Shown here: in pieces, positions 7,390 through 16,900 of the stretch
How the letters are laid out: each line of letters begins with the position of its first letter
Position numbering within the stretch: the stretch's first letter is position 1
Origin: a virus
UHGV virus genome: UHGV-0021788
Length of the DNA: 64,000 bases
Direction: 5' to 3' (one strand)
Translations under genes and position numbers: made by a program
The notes under the pieces: model-generated
Databases searched by the model: none
The model's input: the letters and a program-made list of their open reading frames with translations, nothing else
Told to the model about the DNA's origin: nothing

Positions 7390-10065
7390 ATGCCTAATAG
7401 AATTTGGAGTGAAGAAAAAAAAGATTGGATAATAGTCGATGAAACAAATTTAGCTACAAATATAGAAGTAATGGATATCAAAGAGTACTATCATAAAAAG
7501 AAAACAGAAGAAGAAACAAAAGATGATGAATTTTTAAGTGTTGAAAAATGCTTAGAACAAATAGGGGATAAAATAAATAATGGTGATATAGGTGCTATAG
7601 GTGAAATAAAAGATAAAGTACAAGATTTGGATGACAGAGTAACCTATATTGAAGAAAACGGTGGTGGTGGAGGAGGTGGCTCTTCCATGCCTACCGTTAA
7701 ACTTCTTAGTGATAGTTATTATGCTATACCAACCGATGGAGAATTAAATATTTATTATAACTTTACTTCTCCAAATATAGGATTTGGTACAGCATTTATA
7801 AGTTTAGACTATGGAACAGCTGAACAGTTATCAGTTGCACAAGGTCGTAATTTTTATACTGTAAAAAACTTAGAAAAAGGTGAACATAGACTAGATATAT
7901 ATGTAACTGATATAACAGGTTTATTCTCGAATACAGTTACAGTAACAATAGTTGTTGGTGGACTTGAATTAACTTCTAATTTTGACGATAGTACGGATTT
8001 ATCCTTAGAGGATTATATTAGAATAAGATATGTTATCTCAACAATATCTTCTAAGCCAATTGAAGTGTCTATTGAAATAGATGGTAAACTAACAAAAGCA
8101 GAAGGTATAATTGGTCAAAATATATTGGAAGTTGGACAGTTTAGTTCATTAGGGGTTCATACAGTTAAAATATCAGCCGTCAGTGGTGATTTAGTATCAA
8201 ACCAATTAGTATTTAATTTAGTTGTAGCCGATTCAGAAAATCTTTATGTATCTACTACTTTTCCTGATAATTATACTATACAAGTAGGTAAAAACCTACA
8301 AATTGATTATAGAAATAGTATGGTAAATCAAAATAGATTTATTACTCATATGCTTATAAATGGTACTGAAGTAGATACGGTAACATCTTATTCAGGATAT
8401 AACTATTGGAACGTTGGGTCTAATTTAGAGATAGGTTTATATACTTTAACATTATATTCTACTACATCCGATGGTGCATATACATCAAATTATTTAACAT
8501 GGGTAATAGATGTTGTTTCAGAAGACTATGTTCCCTTTAAGGTTGTAACAGATGGGTTATTATGTAATTTTGATGCTAATGGTAATCAACAAACATCTTC
8601 TAGTAGAAACATATGGAAAGACGATAGTGGAAACGACGTTAAATGTGAATTGTTTAATTTCAACTATTCTACAAATGGTTGGATAGATAACAGTTTAGTA
8701 TTTAATGGTAAAACATATGCTAAAATAGATTTTTCTCCTTTTAGTGATAATATCAAAAATGGTATGACAATTGATATGTTATTTAAAGTAAAAAATGTTG
8801 GTGATATAGACGGAAAAGTATTATGGTGTAAAAATCCAATTACACCTTACCAAGGTTTTTATATAAATACTTATGAGGCAAATTGTCGTTCTGCCAACTC
8901 AAGAATAGTTAGTAACCAATTTCAAGATGACACATGGACTAGAATAACATGGGTTATTAATAGAGAAGATTTGACAATGATAGCTTATGTAAATGGTATC
9001 ATAACGAAACCTGTATATATAACAGATACAGAAAACTTTAGAATGGAAAAAGATATTTATCTAGGTGTATCATTTGACGAAGTAGATAACAATTTAGATA
9101 ATGATGGTAATCCAATACCTCACTATGCATCTTGTTCTATAAAAACATTTAGAATATATGATAGAGCATTAACTGATGAAGAAATATTACAAAATCATAT
9201 TGCCGATATAAAAGATAAAGAAAAACAATTGGAAATAAGAGAAAAGAACTATGGTGATAGTACAATGCCTATCATAAAATTTGAAGGTAATGTAGAAGGT
9301 ATGGATGGTAGTATCTATAAATTATTAACAATAGATTATAATGACCCATTAGACCCATCTAAACGTTTTAGACAAGAACAATGTAGAGTAAAATGGCAAG
9401 GTACTTCTTCACTAGAATATCCAGTAAAAAACTATACAATAGAACTTAGAAGTGGTGGTAACGTTTGGGAATATGCTCCTAAAGACAATTGGCTACCAGA
9501 AAAAAGATATACTTTGAAGGCTTCGTTTATGGATAGTTCTACATATAATAACGTTGGTTCTTCTAAATTAATTTATGATTACTTTAGAAAATCTAATATG
9601 TTTTATCCACAAGAAATTAAAAATCCTAAAACTAGAGCAGTAATAGATGGTTTCCCAGTTAGACTTTATATTAATGGGGAATCAAAAGGTATATATATGT
9701 TCAATATAGATAGATATGCTGAAAACAATTATGGATTTTCTGGGGAATCATCAATTGTATCTTATGAAATAGCTGTCAACTCTGAAAGTGGTGCTGGTGC
9801 TTTCGCATCAGATGCTTGGTCAAGTATACGTTCTGAATTTGAAATGAGATATCATTATGCTGGAGATGAAAGTGTTGTATGTGAAACTGTTATGGAAAAT
9901 GGTGTACCAACTACTGTTTTAAAAGCAGGTTTTCATTCAGAATTACAAAATTTAGTTTCATGGGTATTAAATTCTACTATAGAAGAGTTTAGAAGTGAAT
10001 TAAAAGAACATTTTGAATTAAACTTTTTAATAGATTATTATCTATGGGTTCTATGTTTGGGTTAA
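7390..10065 (+). CDS. Tail fibre/receptor-binding protein with a Gly linker, Ig-like beta domains and a laminin-G/concanavalin-like lectin domain. Possibly exon 1 of a larger gene fused to 11689..15081.
   Basis: RBS AGGTGGTGA. LamG-like segment (VFNGKTYAKIDF...WTRITWVINREDLTMIAYVNG...IKTFRIYDRALTDEEI). The stop at 10063 lies right at the start of the intron-like array. Confidence 0.6.
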   Translation: MPNRIWSEEKKDWIIVDETNLATNIEVMDIKEYYHKKKTEEETKDDEFLSVEKCLEQIGDKINNGDIGAIGEIKDKVQDLDDRVTYIEENGGGGGGGSSMPTVKLLSDSYYAIPTDGELNIYYNFTSPNIGFGTAFISLDYGTAEQLSVAQGRNFYTVKNLEKGEHRLDIYVTDITGLFSNTVTVTIVVGGLELTSNFDDSTDLSLEDYIRIRYVISTISSKPIEVSIEIDGKLTKAEGIIGQNILEVGQFSSLGVHTVKISAVSGDLVSNQLVFNLVVADSENLYVSTTFPDNYTIQVGKNLQIDYRNSMVNQNRFITHMLINGTEVDTVTSYSGYNYWNVGSNLEIGLYTLTLYSTTSDGAYTSNYLTWVIDVVSEDYVPFKVVTDGLLCNFDANGNQQTSSSRNIWKDDSGNDVKCELFNFNYSTNGWIDNSLVFNGKTYAKIDFSPFSDNIKNGMTIDMLFKVKNVGDIDGKVLWCKNPITPYQGFYINTYEANCRSANSRIVSNQFQDDTWTRITWVINREDLTMIAYVNGIITKPVYITDTENFRMEKDIYLGVSFDEVDNNLDNDGNPIPHYASCSIKTFRIYDRALTDEEILQNHIADIKDKEKQLEIREKNYGDSTMPIIKFEGNVEGMDGSIYKLLTIDYNDPLDPSKRFRQEQCRVKWQGTSSLEYPVKNYTIELRSGGNVWEYAPKDNWLPEKRYTLKASFMDSSTYNNVGSSKLIYDYFRKSNMFYPQEIKNPKTRAVIDGFPVRLYINGESKGIYMFNIDRYAENNYGFSGESSIVSYEIAVNSESGAGAFASDAWSSIRSEFEMRYHYAGDESVVCETVMENGVPTTVLKAGFHSELQNLVSWVLNSTIEEFRSELKEHFELNFLIDYYLWVLCLG

Positions 10066-10145
10066 TACAATGGCTCAAGTAAAACTTTCTCTGATTAATG
10101 GCGAACACCCTAGTAGAAAAGGGCAACGCTCAAGAAGATTTATTT
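10053..10145 (+). repeat. Direct repeat R (exon-end plus intron 5' segment), copy 1. Copy 2 is at 11123-11218.
   Basis: TTGGGTT-AAT..GGCTCAAGTA.AA.T.TCTCTGATTAATGGCGAACACCCTAGTAGAAAAGGGCAACGCTCA.GAAGATTTA is ~90% identical between the copies. Confidence 0.8.
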
Positions 10146-10154
10146 AACAATATT

Positions 10155-10183
10155 TTGACTTTTAATAAAATAAGTAGTATAAT
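10155..10183 (+). promoter_or_regulatory. Consensus promoter for the GIY-YIG HEG.
   Basis: TTGACT, 17 nt, TATAAT, then RBS GGGGTGA. Confidence 0.75.
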
Positions 10184-10204
10184 ATAAATGAAAGGGGTGA
10201 TACT

Positions 10205-10915
10205 ATGAGTGAAAATAAATATTATGTTTATGAATGGATTAGATTAGACACAAATGAACCATTTTATGTAGGTAAAGGTTGTGGAGATAGATGGAGGAAT
10301 TTATATAGGGATTACAATCCTCGTTTTATGAATATAATAAATAAAGTACCAGTAGCAGTATCAATATTAATAAATAATTTAACAGAAAAGGAATCTTTTG
10401 ATTTTGAATGTTATTATATATGGTTATATAAAGATATTATAGGATATGATATATGCAATATAAATGAAGGTGGGGAAGGTCAAAGTTTATGTGGTGAAGC
10501 TAATGGTTTTTATGGTAAACATCATTCAGAAGAAACTAAAAAATTATTAAGTGAACAACATAAAGGCATGACTTATTCTCAAGAGACAAAAAATAAATTG
10601 AGTGCTATGAGAAAAGGTGAAGGGAACGCTATGTGGGGACGTAGAGGAGAATTATCTCCGCATTGGGGTAAAAAATATTCAGAAGAAAGAAAAAATAATA
10701 TTAGTAAAGCAATGGGTACTTCTGTAAAGTGTATTGAATTAAATATAGAATTTAATAGTCTTAATAAAGCAGAAAAATATATGATTAAAGAATATGATAT
10801 TAAATTTTCTCATAAAACTTTAAAAGCTACGATAGAAAAAAGAAGAAAAAAAGATTGGTATGGAGAAATAGAAATTAATGGAGAATTAATTAAACTTCAT
10901 TGGGAATATTGTTAA
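10205..10915 (+). CDS. GIY-YIG homing endonuclease (I-TevI/Seg-like) with NUMOD3 repeats and a C-terminal DNA-binding domain.
   Basis: YYVYEWIRLDTNEPFYVGKG..R..N GIY-YIG motif. Repeated GKHHSEETKKLLS / SQETKNKLSA NUMOD3-like units. Confidence 0.75.
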   Translation: MSENKYYVYEWIRLDTNEPFYVGKGCGDRWRNLYRDYNPRFMNIINKVPVAVSILINNLTEKESFDFECYYIWLYKDIIGYDICNINEGGEGQSLCGEANGFYGKHHSEETKKLLSEQHKGMTYSQETKNKLSAMRKGEGNAMWGRRGELSPHWGKKYSEERKNNISKAMGTSVKCIELNIEFNSLNKAEKYMIKEYDIKFSHKTLKATIEKRRKKDWYGEIEINGELIKLHWEYC

Positions 10916-11670
10916 ATAAAATCACTTGCAACGACTGAGTGAGAAAGGCTTAAAGATTAATTCTTTAAGTAAGCAACAGTCTGAACTTGCGAATATAATT
11001 TCTACAAAAAACAAATCGCAGAAGAGGGGTCATCGGTAATCAGACCGATTAAAGAAGAACCCCTCTCGCCAACTTAGGTTGGTCAGTAGCCGAAAGGTGA
11101 AAGTAACAGAATGCTAGTAGACAACTTGGGTTTAATGATTTTGGCTCAAGTATAAAATTCTCTCTGATTAATGGCGAACACCCTAGTAGAAAAGGGCAAC
11201 GCTCAGGAAGATTTATAAAATCACCTGCAACGACTGAGTGAGAGAACACTTATTTAAGTGAAGCAACAGTCTGAACTGCAAATATAATTTCTACAATAAC
11301 AAATTGCAGAAGGAAGTTGAAGTGCTTCCTCGCCAACTCAAGTTGGTCAGTAACCGAAAGGTGAAAGTAACAGAATTGAAAAATATGGTTTTAACAACTT
11401 TCGGTATGAATGCTGAAGGTAACGTAATTTGGTATCCATCCTTTGACATAGGAGGATGTAAAACTCTCTTTAATTGACTTGGAAGTCCTGAAGAGGACGA
11501 CAGGGGGCAAGTTTAAATACAGCCTGAACGACTAAACAAGAGAGCATTATCATATTGATAATGATGTGATAGTCTGAACTCTAGTAATAACTTGTTTTAA
11601 TGAAACTAGAGAAGGAAATCCGAAGTGTTTTCCTCGCCATAAAATATTATGGTCAGTAGCTTAGGAATAA

Positions 11671-14600
11671 GTGAAAGTAACAGAATGGTATGATGCAGAC
11701 TCAGAGTTGGGTTTAACCAACGATGGTGAGTTAAGATACGGTTCAGGTATCGACACTTTAACAGATAATTTCAATACTTCTGATTCTAAATTATGGACTA
11801 AATTACTAGAAGCTTTCCCAGATGAAGTACAAGCAAGATATATCTATATGAGAAGTAATGGATTTATGACTTATGAAAATATTATAAAATATTATGAAAA
11901 TATAGCAGATACAATTGGTCAAACATTCTATAATGAAGATGCAAGACTTAAATATATTAATGAAGATAATAAATCATTTATTTATATGTGTAATGGTTCA
12001 AGACTTGAACATACAAAAAGATGGTTAAGCGAACGTATTGTATATATGGATAGTAAATTTAACTATGGTGATTTCTTATTATCTTCTACTATACGTTCAA
12101 ATGTTTCCGGTGAGGTATCATTAAAAGTAAAAACATATTCACCTCAATGGGTAGAAATATCTTTCTCAGATAGTGCTACAGGTACAACAAGACAATGGTG
12201 TAGTAAAGATAAATGGTATACATTTATAAATACCATTGAAAATGCCGTCGACAACAATATCACCATTAGAGGTGTAACTAATATAATGTATTTACAAGGA
12301 TTAGAAAATTTAAATGTATCTTCTTTACTTGTATCAAATGCAAAAGGTTTATGTGAAATTGATATTCATGGTTCTAAACGTATTCAAAGATTGGAACTAG
12401 GTAACAATATCATGTTACAAAAACTTAATTGTAAAGATTGTATTAATTTAGGTATTGATGATAACTATAAAGTTGTTAACTTGGAAAAATGTATCAACTT
12501 AAAATATCTTGATTTATCTAATACTATGATAGGTACACTTCAATTAAATAAAGATGGTGGTGCATTAGAATATTTAGATTTATCTGAAACAGAATTAACT
12601 TATTTAACTTGTAACCATCAAGAATATTTACCTGAAATAAAATTAGATGGTTGTAAAAATCTATCATCTGTTACTATTAATGGTTGTAATGCATTAACAA
12701 GATTGAGTTTACCTAATACTAAATTAGCTGAATTTACTGTAACAGATTGTAATAGTTTAAATTACCTTGATATATCATATACTGGTTATTTAGTAAAATT
12801 AGATTTAACAGGTTGTAGTAGTTTAACTACTTTAATAATGTCAGGTATAGCAAATAATAAATTTACTGAATTAGATGCGAGAACATTAACAAAATTAACA
12901 ACATTAGATGTGTCTAAATGTTATTTCTTAAATAATATAAGATTTGCTAATGGATATAATGCTTTAACATCTGTAAACTTCCAACAAAGTGGGATTAAGA
13001 CTTTACAGTTTGGAAATAATGAAAAACCTCCTTATTTAGATTTATCTCCATTTAATTTAACAGAAGTTAATTTCTATAACTGTACTGAAATAGAATATAT
13101 TAAAAATATAAAATTATATGCTACAAAATCCATAGAACCTTTTTATAATTGTGTTAATTTACACACTATAGAAGGTACTATAAGTTTAACTGATGATTTA
13201 GGAAGAAGTTTTTATAATTGTAAAAAACTAGTTAATTTACCTACTTTAGATTTAAGTAGAGTTAAAACAGCTTCGGATTCCTTTATGCATTGTGAGTCTT
13301 TAACTTATGACCAATTACTAGAAATTTTAGGTAAGATGAATAATTGTCAAAGTTTTTATAGAACTTTCCAAAACTGTTTAGCTATGGAACATGACGGTTG
13401 GGAAAAAGCTTTATTCGATAAGATACCAAAAGCAACTTATTTTTATTGGACATTCTCAGATACTCCAATAAGCGGACAATTAGAGCAAGGAATCTTTGAT
13501 AGTTTATTAGATTTACAAACTGTAGATGGATTATTTAGCGGTGGTAAGGCAAAAGGTTATATTCCAGCCAATCTATTCAAATATAATACAAAATTACAAA
13601 ATCTTTGGAATCTATTTAATGGATGTAAAGAATTAGAAACTGCTACTAATATAGTAAACATGTTTACCACTACAGTAGATTTAAGAGGTATAGAGGGATT
13701 ATTTAGTGGTTGTACTAATGCTTTTATGAAACTAAGTGATACATGGTTTGCAAATTGTCCAGAGCTACAAAATATGGATTATGCTTTTGCAAATTGTACA
13801 AACTTAATTGGTTCTATAGCTGAAAATCCTCATATGATAAAAAATAAATCTAAATTAACAACAGCAGAACATACCTTCCTTAATTGTACAGGCATAAGTG
13901 GTGATTTACCTGATGATTATTTTGTTGGGTGTACTGCTTTACAAGAAATACAAGGACATTTTCAAGGATGTACTGGTCTAACAGGAACTCCTAAAACTGA
14001 ATCATGGATAGATTGTGAAAATATAACTAATGCTTCATATTTATATGCAGGATGTACTGGTTTAGGTGGTATAGCAGGTGCTACTCAAGAAATACCTAAA
14101 GATTTCTATAAAAGAAAATATAGACTTATAGATATATCTGGTATGTGGCAAGGTTGTAATCAACTACAATTTTCTCTAATGCCATTAAAAGAAGATAAGT
14201 TAGGTGAGGATGGAGCTGTTATAGAAAAAGGGGACGACCCTTGGTTTGTTGATTGTAGACAGTTAGCGAAAATAAATTATCTATTTGATGGTTGTAGTAA
14301 TTTATCATCTGTAATACCTTCTAGGTTATTTGAAGTTTGGGATGAAAAAGGCGAAGTAATGGATACACTTATAACAGAAGCTAAAGCGGTATTTAAAAAT
14401 TGTCAATTACTTACAGATGAAATACCAGAAAATCTATTTGAAAAATTTATTAAAGTTAGAGATTTAACTGAATTTTTCTATCAATGTAGAAGTTTAACTG
14501 GTGGTATTCCTGATACATTATTTTCTAATTGTTATTCTTTAGTTTATGCTAATAGAATGTTTATGCGTTGTGGTAAATTAGGAAAATATGCAGACCAAGT

Positions 14601-15081
14601 AACAGAAGAAGAGCCATATTTCTGTAATGAAGAACTATTTTGGAACTGTCCTAACCTATTGGAAATATCTCAATTATTCCATATGTATGATGGATGGGGA
14701 ACTTCTCTAAGAGGAGACATACCTCCATTGTTATTTAGAGCTAATCCTAAATTACAAAATATAAATAATGCCTTTGCTGGTTGTAGTCTTTTAACTGGTG
14801 GGTTGGATGGGCAACTATTTGTTAGAAATGCTAAATTAAAAACTGCTAGAGAAACTTTCCACGGTTGCTCAGGTTTAAATGGAGAAATGAGTGGAGCGTT
14901 ATTTACCTCTACTAATAATCCACTTTTAACAGATTTCTATCAAACCTTTCAAAATTGTAAAAATATACAAGGTACTGCACCTTCATTATGGACACAATTC
15001 TCTAATGCAAATGGTGGAGGATGTTTTAATGGATGTACTAAATTAAGTAATTATGCAGATATACCTTCACAATGGAAATAA
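11671..15081 (+). CDS. Large adhesin/receptor-binding protein with classical LRRs and many BspA-type (LRR_5) F.GC..L.G repeats. Listed GTG start 11671 is doubtful; it may be exon 2 joined to 7390..10062 from 11689.
   Basis: LDLSNTMIGTLQL..LDLSETELTYL LRRs. More than 12 FxGCxxLxG/IPxxLF units. Weak RBS; the N-terminus overlaps ribozyme core C. Confidence 0.6.
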   Translation: MKVTEWYDADSELGLTNDGELRYGSGIDTLTDNFNTSDSKLWTKLLEAFPDEVQARYIYMRSNGFMTYENIIKYYENIADTIGQTFYNEDARLKYINEDNKSFIYMCNGSRLEHTKRWLSERIVYMDSKFNYGDFLLSSTIRSNVSGEVSLKVKTYSPQWVEISFSDSATGTTRQWCSKDKWYTFINTIENAVDNNITIRGVTNIMYLQGLENLNVSSLLVSNAKGLCEIDIHGSKRIQRLELGNNIMLQKLNCKDCINLGIDDNYKVVNLEKCINLKYLDLSNTMIGTLQLNKDGGALEYLDLSETELTYLTCNHQEYLPEIKLDGCKNLSSVTINGCNALTRLSLPNTKLAEFTVTDCNSLNYLDISYTGYLVKLDLTGCSSLTTLIMSGIANNKFTELDARTLTKLTTLDVSKCYFLNNIRFANGYNALTSVNFQQSGIKTLQFGNNEKPPYLDLSPFNLTEVNFYNCTEIEYIKNIKLYATKSIEPFYNCVNLHTIEGTISLTDDLGRSFYNCKKLVNLPTLDLSRVKTASDSFMHCESLTYDQLLEILGKMNNCQSFYRTFQNCLAMEHDGWEKALFDKIPKATYFYWTFSDTPISGQLEQGIFDSLLDLQTVDGLFSGGKAKGYIPANLFKYNTKLQNLWNLFNGCKELETATNIVNMFTTTVDLRGIEGLFSGCTNAFMKLSDTWFANCPELQNMDYAFANCTNLIGSIAENPHMIKNKSKLTTAEHTFLNCTGISGDLPDDYFVGCTALQEIQGHFQGCTGLTGTPKTESWIDCENITNASYLYAGCTGLGGIAGATQEIPKDFYKRKYRLIDISGMWQGCNQLQFSLMPLKEDKLGEDGAVIEKGDDPWFVDCRQLAKINYLFDGCSNLSSVIPSRLFEVWDEKGEVMDTLITEAKAVFKNCQLLTDEIPENLFEKFIKVRDLTEFFYQCRSLTGGIPDTLFSNCYSLVYANRMFMRCGKLGKYADQVTEEEPYFCNEELFWNCPNLLEISQLFHMYDGWGTSLRGDIPPLLFRANPKLQNINNAFAGCSLLTGGLDGQLFVRNAKLKTARETFHGCSGLNGEMSGALFTSTNNPLLTDFYQTFQNCKNIQGTAPSLWTQFSNANGGGCFNGCTKLSNYADIPSQWK

Positions 15082-15093
15082 AAGTCTTATTAT

Positions 15094-15132
15094 ACTCATG
15101 TAAAGAGTTATTTCTTTACATGAGTTTTTTTA
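15094..15132 (+). terminator. Rho-independent terminator after the LRR protein gene.
   Basis: 12-bp stem ACTCATGTAAAG/CTTTACATGAGT followed by TTTTTTT. Confidence 0.75.
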
Positions 15133-15155
15133 TTTAAAATTAAGGAGATGATAAA

Positions 15156-15542
15156 ATGAGAGTAAATTTAACAATAGATAATAAAGATAAAATTATTGAA
15201 TTTCATTATAAGAAGGTGAAAGGAAATATTACAATTAAATTCATTGACGATGATACTGGTGAAGTTATAAAAACAAAAATATTATCTGATTTAGAACTTG
15301 GTACACATAATATAAAACCTACAGAAATAGAAGGATACAAATTCGTAGGGGAAGAGATTGTTGAAGAAATAGAAGAAGATGAAGAAGATTATGATGAAGA
15401 ATACGATGAAGATGAAATAGATGATGAAGAATATGACGAAGAGATAGAAGAAGATGATGATGAAATAGAAGAATTAGAAGACGACGAATTAGATTCTATT
15501 AAAAAATTTGTAGATGGATTAAGTGGAAAGGATGGGAAATAA
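15156..15542 (+). CDS. Small structural-module protein with a MucBP-like beta domain and a 50-aa poly-acidic (E/D) tail.
   Basis: GNITIKFIDDDTGEVIKTKILSDLELGTHNIKPTEIEGYKF followed by an EEDEEDYDEEYDEDE... tail. RBS AAGGAGATGA. Confidence 0.5.
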   Translation: MRVNLTIDNKDKIIEFHYKKVKGNITIKFIDDDTGEVIKTKILSDLELGTHNIKPTEIEGYKFVGEEIVEEIEEDEEDYDEEYDEDEIDDEEYDEEIEEDDDEIEELEDDELDSIKKFVDGLSGKDGK

Positions 15543-15926
15543 ATGGATAATAAAGAATTATTAGAACAATTAAAAAAGTGCCTTAGTATATGTGATAGTT
15601 TAAAAGCTGAGAAAGAAGAATTAATACAACAATTAGAAGAAGAAAAACAAACAAATGAACAATTATCTAAAACTTTAGTTGAAGCAAATAATGCAGTTGT
15701 TGAAACAATAGATGTCTTAGGTAAAACGAATAATTCTATTATGGAATTTAAAGAAGGCGTTTTAAATTATCAAGCTTATGTAACAGTTTCATTAGATAAT
15801 ATGTATAAAAAGGTTAATAGTATCATAGAAAATGAAGAAGTAAGAAAAGAAGATTTAAGTAAATTTAAAGACGAAGTAGAAAATGTAATAAAAGAATTAG
15901 AAGAATTAAATAAAGAATTAAGCTGA
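15543..15926 (+). CDS. Coiled-coil protein, hypothetical.
   Basis: Heptad-rich E/K/L sequence. Translationally coupled (stop/start overlap). Confidence 0.5.
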   Translation: MDNKELLEQLKKCLSICDSLKAEKEELIQQLEEEKQTNEQLSKTLVEANNAVVETIDVLGKTNNSIMEFKEGVLNYQAYVTVSLDNMYKKVNSIIENEEVRKEDLSKFKDEVENVIKELEELNKELS

Positions 15927-15936
15927 GGTGAATTCA

Positions 15937-16848
15937 ATGGATAAAAAAGAAAAAGAAGATGATAAAAAAGTAGATGTGCTTAGCAGTTCTTTATCAACAA
16001 CAGTTAAGAAAAATTATGCAATGGAACAAAGTAAAATTAAATTATTTTGGAATAAAGGAATTACTGGAGAAGGAATAAAGGTTGGAATAGTTGATACAGG
16101 TTTACAATTAGACCATCCTATGTATAATGGAAAAATATTATGTGGTAAAAATTTCTCTAATGATGGTAATTCTGAAGATAATTTATCTAGTAATCATTAT
16201 CATGGAACTGCCGTAACATCTTTAGTATGTGGCGATTATATGAATTATCAAGCTTATGGTATAGCACCTGATTGTAAAATTGTAATAGGTAAAGCTATGA
16301 ATGACAAAGGTGTAGGTAATGCTACTAATATAGCTAATGCAATAACATATTGTGTACAACAAGGAGTAGATATAATAAATTGTTCTTTAGGATGCGTAGA
16401 TGATACACAAGTATTGAGAAATGCCGTAAATTTAGCAGTTTCAAATGGCATATCAATAGTTTGTGCTAGTGGTAACGATGGACATAATGATACAGATGGG
16501 AGTATTAGAGAAGTAAGATACCCAGGTGCTTATGGTGAGAGTATTTGTGTAGGTGCAATAGATATAAATTTTAAGGTAACTGATTTTAGTAATTCAAATG
16601 AATTTGTTGATGTTGTAGCACCAGGGCAAGATATATTATGTGCTTATCCTGGTGATAAGTATGCTATAATAAGTGGAACTTCATTTGCTACACCTATAAT
16701 AAGTGGAATATTAGCATTACTTAAACAAAAGTTTAGAATAGACTTTAAAAGAGACCCAGTTGAATCAGAATTATATGGTATGTTATTAAAATATACCAGA
16801 GAGATTAAAGGAGTTCCAAGAAGTATGCAAGGGAATGGTTATCCCTGA
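15937..16848 (+). CDS. Subtilisin-like serine protease (S8), probably virion- or tail-associated. Start ATG 15937; listed GTG 15928.
   Basis: Catalytic triad contexts VGIVDTG (Asp), HGTAV (His), GTSFATPIISG (Ser). RBS GAGGTGA. Confidence 0.7.
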   Translation: MDKKEKEDDKKVDVLSSSLSTTVKKNYAMEQSKIKLFWNKGITGEGIKVGIVDTGLQLDHPMYNGKILCGKNFSNDGNSEDNLSSNHYHGTAVTSLVCGDYMNYQAYGIAPDCKIVIGKAMNDKGVGNATNIANAITYCVQQGVDIINCSLGCVDDTQVLRNAVNLAVSNGISIVCASGNDGHNDTDGSIREVRYPGAYGESICVGAIDINFKVTDFSNSNEFVDVVAPGQDILCAYPGDKYAIISGTSFATPIISGILALLKQKFRIDFKRDPVESELYGMLLKYTREIKGVPRSMQGNGYP

Positions 16849-16900
16849 CCTTAGTATACGCAGGGAAAAAATTATAAAATAAACAGAAAGGAGAAATAAA

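Larger units (their letters stand above)
10063..11688 (+). ncRNA. Composite group-I intron array: 5' segment R, a GIY-YIG HEG, then three tandem ribozyme cores (A 10925-11113, B 11221-11378, C 11500-11688). Degenerate exon-start copies and a second R (11143-11218) lie between them.
   Basis: Each core has GCAACGACUG/AACGACUAA (P7 5'), a P8 hairpin, CAGUC/UAGUC (P7 3') and P9-like hairpins with compensatory base changes. Each ends ..GGUCAGUARC.GAAAGGUGAAAGUAACAGAAU.G. Confidence 0.5.

Noticed and set aside
11049-11249. 66-aa ORF on the - strand.
   Set aside because: It lies inside the structured ribozyme core and repeat R. Random-looking product.
10053-11690. Possible CRISPR-like array, because of several direct repeats.
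   Set aside because: The repeats are long (75-190 nt), internally structured and diverged. There are no short unique spacers. The features match group-I intron cores instead.
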